Shown piece by piece: positions 54,327 to 64,000 of a stretch of 64,000 bases of DNA. Position 1 is the stretch's first letter, and the number at the start of each line of letters is the position of its first letter. The stretch is from Candidatus Bathyarchaeota archaeon B26-2. Lineage in GTDB: Archaea > Thermoproteota > Bathyarchaeia > Bathyarchaeales > B26-1. A program made the position numbers and the translations under genes. Under the pieces are notes generated by a model. The model saw only the letters and a program-made list of their open reading frames with translations. It did no database searches and was not told the DNA's origin. Location of the stretch: contig LUCE01000002.1 of assembly GCA_001593935.1 (NCBI GenBank), positions 1,290 to 65,289 on the forward strand, read 5' to 3'.

Positions 54327-56849
54327 CTAACAGACGGGTTCGATCTCCATCCTTAGATTCACTATCTCGTGGGGTTTGACCTTCACCCTCCGAAACTCTT
54401 CAACATCGATCTTTTGAATAACGTTACCTAAGAAATCCGTCTTCCTAGGATTTCTCAAAGTGAAGCCCGTCTCTATCTCGGCTACGACAGGCTTCCCGTG
54501 GGCATCATAGAACCTTATGTTGGCTTCTCCATCCTCGATTTTCAGTGATGTGAGGATGAGGTTTGAGGGTTCAATGTGTAGGAAGGTCTTCTCTTGGGGG
54601 AGGCCTCCTCTGCCCCGAGATGCTTGAATCCCTACTAGTGGATGTCTATACTCGAAGGACCTTCTACAGACCTCTCCGTCTCTCCAGCCTCCCACGTGTG
54701 GATAGAGGGAGTACCGGAAGACGTATCGACCTAACCCAGCCATCTCCCGTAATCGACAAACCCTGTAGTGTTCCAGTTTCTCCGGTTCAGATGAGAGGTG
54801 TAGAATCAACGAGAGGTTGTTGTCCTCGTAGCGGTACCCGTTGTCTCCGATGTTCAGGAGGGCGACTCCGTAATCTCCATTCTCGACCTCACACCAGCTC
54901 AACGCGTGGGTTACGCCGCTAGAGCCCTCCCAGCCGTAACTCCTCTCCATCCCGACCAGAGGCTCATCGTTTGGTTCTCTCTCCTCAGCCCCGAAGGGGA
55001 AGTCGCAGTAGAGTCTTCCTCTAGAAAAATTGAGCGGAAAGACCGTTCTGAACCTCGCCTCCTTGACCTTGCAGTCTATAACTGTCTCGAAGTCTATCCT
55101 CGGAACGTCATCGTACAGGGTTACGTACTGTTCAACGGGGTTCCCGGCGGTCTGACACTTAATCCTTAGTCTCATCCTTACGGGTCCTTCCTCCACCAGC
55201 TCAACCCTTTCCACATCAGACCCATAAACTCTATCGAACTTAGCGACCAAGAGGCGGACGTCTCCCTTCTCGCAGAGTATCTCGTTCGCCGAGTACCGGC
55301 TTGGAGCCACGATCTCCCTTCCATTAACCTTGTCGTAGACGCTTACGATCTTCCCGTCGTCCAGCTTGATCCTGTAAAACCTGTTCTCAAAGATTCCTTT
55401 GGAGAACCTCAGAGTCGTTTCGAACCTTGGAGGCTTCGAGGGTACAACGTATAGGGCCTTATATCCCAGCGGAGGAGCGTCTGTGGCCACAAGAATCTTA
55501 GCTCTCTTGTATGTTGCTCCATCCATCTCTGCCTCCAAGATTTGGTAGGGCTGAGGTTTCCCGTTGAAGTCGACGACTGAGAACGCCTCCACGGTGTCCT
55601 CGAATTTAAGATCTACCTCTACGATGTCTCTTCTTCTCCAAGAGAGGGGGTTGAAGACCATTATTGGGATGCCATCTCCTCTCATCGATACGCGCCCGGC
55701 GACCCAGCGGAGGCTCTCCTCGGTGATTTCTTCGGCTCTTACCTTTATCTCCTTCAGAGTCTTCATCTCCTCTCTGTAGTCTTCGTCGAACTGGTAGAGG
55801 TTATCGTGGAACTCCATTAGCGAGAGTGATGTCCAGAGGCTTTCAATGTCTTCTTCGGGATAGGGTTTCCCGAGTAAGTGAGCTATGAACGCAGCCTTCT
55901 CAGCAGTCAAGAGGTTGTTAGTTGCCTCAGTTATTACGTGTAGGACCTCGCTTCTCCGGCCGTACATAGCAACCCAGCCCATCGTGTCTAGGGTGCCTCT
56001 AACAACGGGTATGTCTTTAACCTTCTCGAGGTCTCTGAAGTAGTCGGTTAACGTCCCCACTGTGAGCATGATCTCCTCTTCTTGATTCCATCGGCGGACG
56101 AACTCCAAGAGTCCAAGGGAGGGTAGCCCCCAGTCCGACCCGTCCATGAGGAGAATAAAACCGGTCTTGGAGTGTTTCGCCAGCTCCTCCAGCAGCTCCT
56201 TAAGCCTTTTCGACGCTTCTCCATAATCCGTGTGCACGGACCCGTGGCCTCCCAGAAGCCTTCCGACCCTATGAAAGTTGCTGTAGATCGTTCTGGAGCA
56301 TAGAACCCTCGTCCCATCTAACCCCTCCCAGTAAAACTCTAGCGGAACCCCTTTATGGTCGTAGACCTCCCACGGCCTCTCGAACTTGTAATACTTGAAA
56401 CCGAGTTTCTTTGTCAGCTGAGGCATCTGGGAGTGATGGCCTACGGGGTCCGCCATGTGCAAGACTTGGTTCTTCCCTTTCACGAGGGCTTCAAGACCAA
56501 ATAGCCTCTCGAAGTATTTTCTTCCGTAGACCGCGTTGTTTATGAAGGCCTCCCCTTCATATTGGTGTGGTTGAGGAGTGCTCGTCATAGTCCCTCCGAG
56601 ATCGATACGCCCTTTCAAGAGGAACTCCTTGAGGCCTTCAATCAGCCACGGGTAGCGGCAACCCATAATGTTGTGAACCTTATGGAGTCCACACCACACG
56701 TAGCCACGCTCGTTCCTCATATAATCGACCACAGCAAAGAAGATCTGAGCGTTCTTCATCAAGAAGTATCGCCGGGTGTTCCTCCAAGCATAATCCATGT
56801 GCGAGTAGGGGGCGATGAAGGCCCTCCTTAATCTCTCCAAGTAAGCCAC
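54327..56849 (-). CDS. GH38 alpha-mannosidase
   Basis: N-terminal APYSHMDYAW (HxHxDxxW-like) and the nucleophile region MADPVGHHSQMPQLTKKLGF. 840 aa, GTG start. Confidence 0.7.
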   Translation of the reverse strand: MAYLERLRRAFIAPYSHMDYAWRNTRRYFLMKNAQIFFAVVDYMRNERGYVWCGLHKVHNIMGCRYPWLIEGLKEFLLKGRIDLGGTMTSTPQPHQYEGEAFINNAVYGRKYFERLFGLEALVKGKNQVLHMADPVGHHSQMPQLTKKLGFKYYKFERPWEVYDHKGVPLEFYWEGLDGTRVLCSRTIYSNFHRVGRLLGGHGSVHTDYGEASKRLKELLEELAKHSKTGFILLMDGSDWGLPSLGLLEFVRRWNQEEEIMLTVGTLTDYFRDLEKVKDIPVVRGTLDTMGWVAMYGRRSEVLHVITEATNNLLTAEKAAFIAHLLGKPYPEEDIESLWTSLSLMEFHDNLYQFDEDYREEMKTLKEIKVRAEEITEESLRWVAGRVSMRGDGIPIMVFNPLSWRRRDIVEVDLKFEDTVEAFSVVDFNGKPQPYQILEAEMDGATYKRAKILVATDAPPLGYKALYVVPSKPPRFETTLRFSKGIFENRFYRIKLDDGKIVSVYDKVNGREIVAPSRYSANEILCEKGDVRLLVAKFDRVYGSDVERVELVEEGPVRMRLRIKCQTAGNPVEQYVTLYDDVPRIDFETVIDCKVKEARFRTVFPLNFSRGRLYCDFPFGAEEREPNDEPLVGMERSYGWEGSSGVTHALSWCEVENGDYGVALLNIGDNGYRYEDNNLSLILHLSSEPEKLEHYRVCRLREMAGLGRYVFRYSLYPHVGGWRDGEVCRRSFEYRHPLVGIQASRGRGGLPQEKTFLHIEPSNLILTSLKIEDGEANIRFYDAHGKPVVAEIETGFTLRNPRKTDFLGNVIQKIDVEEFRRVKVKPHEIVNLRMEIEPVC

Positions 56850-57073
56850 CCAGCATATCTACATCTCTAACCGTTTTAAGGTTTTTACTACCTAACAGAG
56901 AGGTTTTACAGCCATTTCCATCCGTTTGGAAAAACGTAATTCAAGGTTTCACTGCTGACGGGGAGACGGCTTCTAATTGTTCCGGGTTAATGGATGACCT
57001 TGCTGGGATTCTCTAACTCTCCGTCGGGAGGCTGCATAGACTGAAGGCGCTTATATGAAGAGGCGTCCATCCT

Positions 57074-57538
57074 TTAGAACTGTTGGAGTATGTCGTTCTT
57101 CTCCATTATGCGTCCGCAGTAGTGGCATCTAAGCCTTAAGGGTTCCTCTTTCTCGACGTAGAAGATGGATTTTATTGGTTCTCCACTGTTCGAGATGCAG
57201 GCGGGGTTTACGCACTTAACTATGCCTTGTATCATGTGTGGGAGCTTAACCCTCTGTTTATCGACGACTCTGTAGTTTCGGATGATGTTTATGGTCGCGT
57301 GAGGCGCCAGCAACGCTATCTTGTCGACCTCTTCGGGGTTGAGTTCCCTCCCTTCAACCTTAACTATGTCCTTTGAGCCGAGCTTCTCACTTGGGACGTT
57401 CATGGCTATGGTTACGACGCCTCCGGAACGCCCATTTATCCCCAAAATCTTTATGACATCGAGGGCGTGGCCCCTCATTATGTGGTCGATGACTGTGCCG
57501 TTCCTGATCTTCGAGACCCTGAGAGTCCTCTTGGACAT
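57074..57538 (-). CDS. pyrI: aspartate carbamoyltransferase regulatory subunit
   Basis: LRVSKIRNGTVIDHI and zinc domain CVNPACISN...CHYCGR. Confidence 0.9.
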   Translation of the reverse strand: MSKRTLRVSKIRNGTVIDHIMRGHALDVIKILGINGRSGGVVTIAMNVPSEKLGSKDIVKVEGRELNPEEVDKIALLAPHATINIIRNYRVVDKQRVKLPHMIQGIVKCVNPACISNSGEPIKSIFYVEKEEPLRLRCHYCGRIMEKNDILQQF

Positions 57539-57619
57539 CTAGATGAACCCCCAACCAAACCACCTAATCATTAGCAACGTGGAAAGATAAATGTTCTCTC
57601 TACACGGCTATAAGGGTGA

Positions 57620-58603
<984 letters not shown>

Positions 58604-58622
58604 TCTTTCAAGGATTTCTTCA

Positions 58623-59666
58623 TCAACCAAGCGAGGCCAGATCCAAGAATATCTGGGAGCAGCAGAGAGAGGAGAAGGAGACCTCCAGCCCTAGTCTCTC
58701 AGCCTCCTCTATGGCCGCGTCACTCGGGAACGCTATGGCGTTGATGCCGGCCCTAACGGCTAGTACATCCGTCGCGTTTCTGTGTTCCCCCTTCGGCCTT
58801 GCACATCCAAGCGCCATAGGGACATCCGGCATCATGAACCTGGCTTCAGTTAAGACTTTGGCGACGACGTTTGGCGGGGGAGGACTAACAGACTCCATCA
58901 ATGTGCCCTTAATCGGAAAGAATACTATCAATATTAGGGCTGAGGGCCGATATCTCGAGATCATCCTCAGAGCTTCTAGTTCACCCCTGAGTTCCCCGTA
59001 ATGGAGCCCTACCAAGACGTGTGGAACAAACTGGATTCCAGACTCCTTGAGAGCCCTCAAGGACCGCTCGAAGTCTCGTGTGGTCGCGTTGAGCCTATAG
59101 ACGTCCTTGACAGTCTCGTCTGAGCCGATTATATCGATCAGGACAGCGTCCACGCCAGCGGCCTTGAGCATCTCAGCGGTCTCCAGATCGATGAGGCCTG
59201 TATGGACAACGACGGTCAGTCCAAATCTCTCCTTTACCTTGGAGATCGTTTCGATGAAGGGTTTGATCGGGACTTTGCCGTCGATCGTGCATCCACCGCT
59301 TATCAAGCACCCGACTCCGCCTCTCCGCTTTATCTTTGAACAGACTTCTAGGAGCCTCTCAGGAGACTGGGCTGGGATCATCGTTCGCAGCAGTCTCCCA
59401 CCACAGTGTCTACAGTTGAGGGCGCACCTAACCCCTGTTATGGAGATCGATGGAAAGATTCCACTCGGCCGACGGATAAGTTTACTCTCGTGGTGAATAA
59501 AGCTCGGGAGATAGAACCAGATATGTCTCCCGAAGTTTCTCCAGCTGATACTCCCAGCCCTCGAGATGGCATCCTCTAGACCCTCCAACTTCATGAGGCT
59601 CTTCTCTGCAGAGTAGGTGCCTCCCTCCGGCATCTTCATGTCCAGGGCTCCTCTAGGGCTTCTCAA
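58623..59666 (-). CDS. radical SAM protein, BioB-like (possible LipS-type)
   Basis: CALNCRHC (CX3CX2C) preceded by ISITG. LISGG segment and C-terminal Cys residues (LGCARP, LCCSQ). Confidence 0.8.
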   Translation of the reverse strand: MRSPRGALDMKMPEGGTYSAEKSLMKLEGLEDAISRAGSISWRNFGRHIWFYLPSFIHHESKLIRRPSGIFPSISITGVRCALNCRHCGGRLLRTMIPAQSPERLLEVCSKIKRRGGVGCLISGGCTIDGKVPIKPFIETISKVKERFGLTVVVHTGLIDLETAEMLKAAGVDAVLIDIIGSDETVKDVYRLNATTRDFERSLRALKESGIQFVPHVLVGLHYGELRGELEALRMISRYRPSALILIVFFPIKGTLMESVSPPPPNVVAKVLTEARFMMPDVPMALGCARPKGEHRNATDVLAVRAGINAIAFPSDAAIEEAERLGLEVSFSSLCCSQIFLDLASLG

Positions 59667-59741
59667 CGGTCACTTAAGGTAGAGACCCAAGACCCTCGTA
59701 ATTTACCTCTTCCATACATAATTCTTTTTTCTCTTATAATC

Positions 59742-59756
59742 CCATCTTTAAGATGG
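59742..59756. promoter_or_regulatory. perfect palindrome CCATCTT-T-AAGATGG next to a TATA-like box
   Basis: Read directly. CTTATAAT at 59733-59740 lies immediately upstream, and the gene start is at 59796. Confidence 0.4.
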
Positions 59757-59795
59757 TGAGTCTCTAACCTAGAGCCGTTCCTCGCCCGCGTCTGG

Positions 59796-61466
59796 GTGAC
59801 GGTGACCCGTTTAAGACTTGAGGCTCCCATTACTCTGTGGCGGTTTAAGAAGTTGAACGCGGAGGCCCTGACATTAGAGGATTATAGAACTGTCTGCAGG
59901 GTTATGGGTGAGAGTTGTAGGAGAAAACTTGGAGAAGCCTTCCAGTCTATATACAGCAAGCATAAGGTGTTAGACCTGACCCCGGGCTACAGCGACCTCG
60001 ATTTGAGGGCGGTCTGTAGCGGAAAGACTGTCGAAGAATGGTCAAAGATAGGTTTCGCGATCTCCCAAGTTTACCTCGAACTCCTACGTAACAACCCGAG
60101 ATACAGCAGAATCCTAGAGCATCCTCCCGGCTTCATAATCTCAACCGAAGAGGTACCCAACTACATACGATACCACCCAGCTGTAGCTGAGTGGGACCTA
60201 ATGTTCGGCTTCCCCCTCATAGATGCGGATTCGTCCATACCCTTCGACCAAGCCAAGAGAGCCATCCTGAAAAGTTTCATGGCCTTATACGGAGTCTACA
60301 GACCGGAGCTCGACCCTCCCGTAAACATCGACAAAGGACTACTGGGAACCTATCACATCTACGGCAGAATCATGCACCATCTGGCTCCAGCCTTGAAGGC
60401 GGGTATGAGCCTAATACTCGGACGCCAACTGAAAAGCAAGGTGGAGGCCTTTAATGAGGCTCTCCAACACTTCCCGGATAACTCCCTCTTGAAGGATATC
60501 CAAACGATAATGGGGCGAGCATATAGGGTAAGCGCTCCCCCACACAGCCGTTGCCTGCGAGAACTCGACCTAAAGGTCATCGAGTTTCTAAGTTCCATCT
60601 TCGAGGCGATCCGTGAGAGGCACCCTTTAGAGAGTTGGCTAGAGAATACTCGTCCCGCGAGGCTTTGCCAAGAGAAGCCTAACGGCGAGCCGGTTAAGAC
60701 TATAGAGCGTTTAGAGGAGGCATTACGTGAATGGGTTGAACATTCCAGAATGGAGGAAAACCTGCGGACGGCTATCCTCTATAAGAGCCCAATAACTAAC
60801 GCACGCCATCTGATCCTAGTCTTCCGTGAAGGAAGCCTACGGGGAATAACTCGCGTGAGAGGCATCCCTAAAAGACTTGTCTCAAAGGTCAGATACGCCC
60901 TTAAAGGAGGGCGAGAAACCAATCTCTCCTCAATACTGATCTCGACAGAGGGAGAGTTCCTCTATAGGTATCTGTTGGCTTACCCCACCGATCTATACTC
61001 GATCTTTTACAGCGGGGAGACGATCTTCGGAGAGGACTTTATGGAGTGGGTTCCTCACCCTAGAAAGGAGATGCTCATGGACGAGGCTCTGGGAAGGATG
61101 TGCATCCTTACGGGAGTCTGTAGGTCTAGGGTCGGCATCCTCGCGTACTTGAGGGACGCCCCACCCTTCTTCGCTACGTCCTTCCTCAAGAGGAGGTGCT
61201 TTGAGGAGATAAATGAGATCATGGTCTCGATGCTGGTATCACACGGATTGACGGCACAAGGATGCGTCCCCATGACCTTAAAGGATGGACTCAACATCCT
61301 TAAGGACGGTCTGGCGGGGCGTCGTGAGTTGAGAGCCTTGGATGATCTCTACTCTCTGACCTTAAACCCTAAGAGAGTAACCAACGGCGCCATAAACTTG
61401 GCTATCGAACTCTTACCGGTTCTAAACCGGGTTGCTGAGAGGGTTTACTCGGAGGTCTTTTCTTGA
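59796..61466 (+). CDS. hypothetical 556-aa protein with nucleotidyltransferase-like motif
   Basis: LTPGYSDLDLRAV resembles the Pol-beta NTase G-S...D-x-D strand. The second half has a degenerate copy (VFREGSLRG...NLSSILIS). I recognise no other family. Confidence 0.5.
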   Translation: MTVTRLRLEAPITLWRFKKLNAEALTLEDYRTVCRVMGESCRRKLGEAFQSIYSKHKVLDLTPGYSDLDLRAVCSGKTVEEWSKIGFAISQVYLELLRNNPRYSRILEHPPGFIISTEEVPNYIRYHPAVAEWDLMFGFPLIDADSSIPFDQAKRAILKSFMALYGVYRPELDPPVNIDKGLLGTYHIYGRIMHHLAPALKAGMSLILGRQLKSKVEAFNEALQHFPDNSLLKDIQTIMGRAYRVSAPPHSRCLRELDLKVIEFLSSIFEAIRERHPLESWLENTRPARLCQEKPNGEPVKTIERLEEALREWVEHSRMEENLRTAILYKSPITNARHLILVFREGSLRGITRVRGIPKRLVSKVRYALKGGRETNLSSILISTEGEFLYRYLLAYPTDLYSIFYSGETIFGEDFMEWVPHPRKEMLMDEALGRMCILTGVCRSRVGILAYLRDAPPFFATSFLKRRCFEEINEIMVSMLVSHGLTAQGCVPMTLKDGLNILKDGLAGRRELRALDDLYSLTLNPKRVTNGAINLAIELLPVLNRVAERVYSEVFS

Positions 61467-61502
61467 GGAACTCCAAAAAAGTTTATAGTTCTCTGAGCTA
61501 GG

Positions 61503-62549
61503 ATGTTCTCTGGGTTAGAGGATCGGATGAGGAAGACTGAGAAGCCGGAGGGTGAGACCTTCTCGCACGGTATGGTCCGCGTCTCTTTAGGTTCTGCCAT
61601 CCTGCTCGGTCTGATGAGGGGCCGGCTTGACGCCGAGCCTACAACCATCTATCTGCTCACTTATAGACGTGGAAGATGCACGGCCAACTGTGGCTTCTGT
61701 CCTCAAGCGAGGGGCTGCACGGGGCGAGCTGACATGCTCTCTAGGGTTGTTTGGCCACCGTTCCCAGCGGCCAATGTTATAGAACGCATAGGAAAAGCCT
61801 ACATAGACGGAAGGGTCAAAAGGGTCTGCATCCAAGCTCTAAACCATCCGGATATACTCGAGGAGATAATCTCCCTTGTAAGAATGATAAGGCTTACTTC
61901 ATCGGTTCCGATCTCGGTCTCCTGTCAACCTCTACAGAAGGAGGAGATGGTCCGCTTACGTGAGACGGGGGTTAACCGGGTCAGCATAGCCCTAGACGCC
62001 TCAACCCGAGACATCTTCAACGAGGTTAAGGGCACCTCTGCTGGAGGCCCATACACTTGGGATGGACATATGAGGGCGCTTAAGGATGCAGTTGAGGTCT
62101 TTGGAGAGGGCTCCGTCACAACCCATCTAATAGTCGGCTTAGGTGAGTCTGAGGAGGAGGCTGTTCGAACGATACAGTTATGCCACGATATGGGGGTCTA
62201 TCCCGCCCTCTTCGCTTTCACACCTATACCCGGAACCAGAATGGCGAAACGTCCAAGCCCACCTCTCGAAAAGTATAGGAGAATCCAGGTCGCCCAGTAT
62301 CTTATAACCCACAACTTGGCACGCTACGCGGATATGACCTTTGAGGAAGGCCGCCTCAGAGATTTCGGGGTTCCAAGGAACCTTCTATTGAAGATCGTGG
62401 AGTCCGGTAGGCCCTTCATGACGACGGGATGCCCGGGATGCAACAGGCCGTACTACAATGAGAGGCCGGGCGGACCCCTCTACAACTATCCGAGGAAGCC
62501 TAAGCTCGAGGAGGTAACCGAGATCAAGAGGCAGCTCGGTCTTCAGTAG
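61503..62549 (+). CDS. radical SAM protein, BioB/LipA-like (possible LipS-type)
   Basis: CTANCGFCPQ (CX3CX2C), RVCIQALN and C-terminal CPGCNRPYYNE. 36 nt downstream of the 556-aa gene. Confidence 0.8.
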   Translation: MFSGLEDRMRKTEKPEGETFSHGMVRVSLGSAILLGLMRGRLDAEPTTIYLLTYRRGRCTANCGFCPQARGCTGRADMLSRVVWPPFPAANVIERIGKAYIDGRVKRVCIQALNHPDILEEIISLVRMIRLTSSVPISVSCQPLQKEEMVRLRETGVNRVSIALDASTRDIFNEVKGTSAGGPYTWDGHMRALKDAVEVFGEGSVTTHLIVGLGESEEEAVRTIQLCHDMGVYPALFAFTPIPGTRMAKRPSPPLEKYRRIQVAQYLITHNLARYADMTFEEGRLRDFGVPRNLLLKIVESGRPFMTTGCPGCNRPYYNERPGGPLYNYPRKPKLEEVTEIKRQLGLQ

Positions 62550-62707
62550 GTAACTCATTGGCGCCATAAAGAAAGTCTAATGCGGTTTTATGCCCGTTAA
62601 GGCATAGGACACGCCTCGTCTTGACGACTCAGAGCTAGTGATGGAAAAGCTTTTATTCGGCTTCAATATAGTAAAGTTATAAGTATACTATTTCCGGAGG
62701 CTCAAGA

Positions 62708-63460
62708 TTGAAGCGAACCGAAAGTCCCCAGAAGAGGCTCTTAGGACCCCTCGACTTGGCGGCCTCAGCCGTCTTCTCAGCGTTCGTGTGTGTGGCAACC
62801 ATAATCTTCACCGTATATGTCCCACAGACGAGGGGGTTCTTCAACATAGGTGAGACGATGATCTACGTAACGGCTCTCCTCTTCGGGCCCATAGTCGGCG
62901 GTATAGCCGGTGGGTTCGGCTCGATGCTGGCCGACGTAATCTTGGGCTACATGGAGTTCGCGCCCGCAACCCTCGTCATAAAGATGTGCGAGGGCGCTGT
63001 TGTCGGCTTCCTAGGCAAGAAGAATCCGAAGAAAGAATCGAAGGATTACTGGAGAGCTACAACCGCCATTCTGGGGATAGTTATGGGGCTTCTACTCGCA
63101 GTCATAGGCTCAACATACTACAGCGGAGAAGTCGAGATATACTTCGGAACATCAGCTGAGCCCACCTTTACGCCGTGGATTCCCGCGGAGGTTTGGTACC
63201 TGATCGGGGGGCTCGCCGCCTTCTCGATAGTACTCGCCGGGATCAAGCTAGAACCCGAACTGGGATGGACGATCCTCTCGATAACTGTTGGAGGCCTAAT
63301 CATGGTCACGGGATACTTCATCTACGAGTTGTTCTTGGTGGGTCCCGGTGCCTTCGCCGAGATTCCCGTCAACATAGGGCAGATGTCAGTCGGTTTGATG
63401 GTCTCGATGCCCGTCGTGAGGGCTGTATGGAGATACCTTCCATCCCTAAGAGGGCGATGA
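62708..63460 (+). CDS. ECF-transporter S-component-like membrane protein (solitary)
   Basis: FNIGETMIYVTALLFGPIVGGIAGGFGSMLADVILGY...APATLVIKMCEGAVVGFL matches the ECF S-component pattern. TTG start is preceded by GGAGG. Confidence 0.6.
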   Translation: MKRTESPQKRLLGPLDLAASAVFSAFVCVATIIFTVYVPQTRGFFNIGETMIYVTALLFGPIVGGIAGGFGSMLADVILGYMEFAPATLVIKMCEGAVVGFLGKKNPKKESKDYWRATTAILGIVMGLLLAVIGSTYYSGEVEIYFGTSAEPTFTPWIPAEVWYLIGGLAAFSIVLAGIKLEPELGWTILSITVGGLIMVTGYFIYELFLVGPGAFAEIPVNIGQMSVGLMVSMPVVRAVWRYLPSLRGR

Positions 63461-63469
63461 AAACACTGT

Positions 63470-63489
63470 AAGATCATGAAAATGATCTT
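63470..63489 (+). terminator. perfect 8-bp hairpin with GAAA loop after the S-component gene
   Basis: AAGATCAT-GAAA-ATGATCTT, 10 nt after the stop and followed by T. A role as terminator is inferred only. Confidence 0.3.
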
Positions 63490-63597
63490 TCAGACATTAC
63501 GTGTTTCTCTTCGGAGGTGATACCCTCAAGAAGGAACTAATTTATGTAAGCGGACGTCTAGAACTCTGGAGATACTACGAACTGGAAGGGCGGGAAC

Positions 63598-64000
63598 TTG
63601 ACTTGGAGAATAGACGTTAGGAGGCGGCCTTCACTTCCGCTCTCGCTGGCGGTTCTCTTCGTTGCCGCCCTCATCTTTATGGGTGTATGGAATCTCATCC
63701 AATCTACGGACGAGGCTTCAGAGTTCACTTTGACCGATATAGAGTCTAAGCGACTTTAGGGGAAAAGTTGTTCTCTTAGACTTCATGGCTACTTGGTGTG
63801 GCCCTTGCAGGGAATCCATGCCCGTGCTTAAAGTTCTCTGGGAGAAGTATGAGGGGGAGATCGTCATCATAACGATAGCGGTTGACCCCGCCCATGACAC
63901 CGTCGAGAAGATGCAGGACTGGGTTCGCGTCCACAACGCCACATGGATACACGCCAGAGATACCGCTAACCCTCCGGTAGGACAACTTTATAAGGTCACA
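63598..64000 (+). pseudogene. TlpA/ResA-like membrane-anchored thioredoxin, frameshifted; 3' end cut by window
   Basis: Frame 1 encodes a signal anchor plus EFTLTDIESKRL and stops at TAG 63757-63759. Frame 2 is open from 63743 and encodes SLSDFRGKVVLLDFMATWCGPCRESMPVL... Confidence 0.7.

Noticed and set aside
63718-63985. Two minus-strand ORFs at the window end
   Set aside because: They are antisense to the TlpA-like thioredoxin reading frame containing WCGPC.

Overview
The window reads as a dense archaeal chromosomal segment with about 60 protein genes on both strands, short intergenic gaps and about 50% GC by eye. Archaeal markers include ABCE1, NucS/EndoMS, KEOPS Cgi121, Trm5, TrmI, an Ogg2-type glycosylase, a CdvA-like coiled-coil protein, TATA-type promoters and a tRNA-Ala(UGC) with G3:U70. 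I found no rRNA, CRISPR array, transposase or integrase, so it looks like core chromosome rich in carbohydrate and cofactor metabolism, not a mobile island. Sugar-related genes include a GHL10-like hydrolase, a GH38 alpha-mannosidase, a glycogen debranching enzyme, PFK, a PfkB kinase, Gfo/Idh/MocA oxidoreductases and a CE4-like deacetylase. Cofactor genes include pncA, nadX and coaBC. The ORF track misses two genes that run off the window edges: an aldo/keto reductase at 1-724 (-) and a frameshifted TlpA-like thioredoxin at 63598-64000 (+). Most interesting observations, in order: (1) a TANGO2/NRDE-like domain fused in frame to CoaBC at 51572-53578; (2) two BioB-like radical SAM genes bracketing an uncharacterised 556-aa protein with an NTase-like SDLDL motif at 58623-62549, followed by a solitary ECF S-component; (3) a Gfo/Idh/MocA-DUF362 fusion; (4) ABCE1, whose conserved N-terminus starts at an AUC with no canonical start available; (5) an ArsR-type regulator/Hsp20 module with twin ATTAC-N6-GTAAT operators flanking a TATA box. 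All family assignments come from by-eye motif recognition and remembered homologues. No searches were run, and every call needs HMM or structure confirmation.
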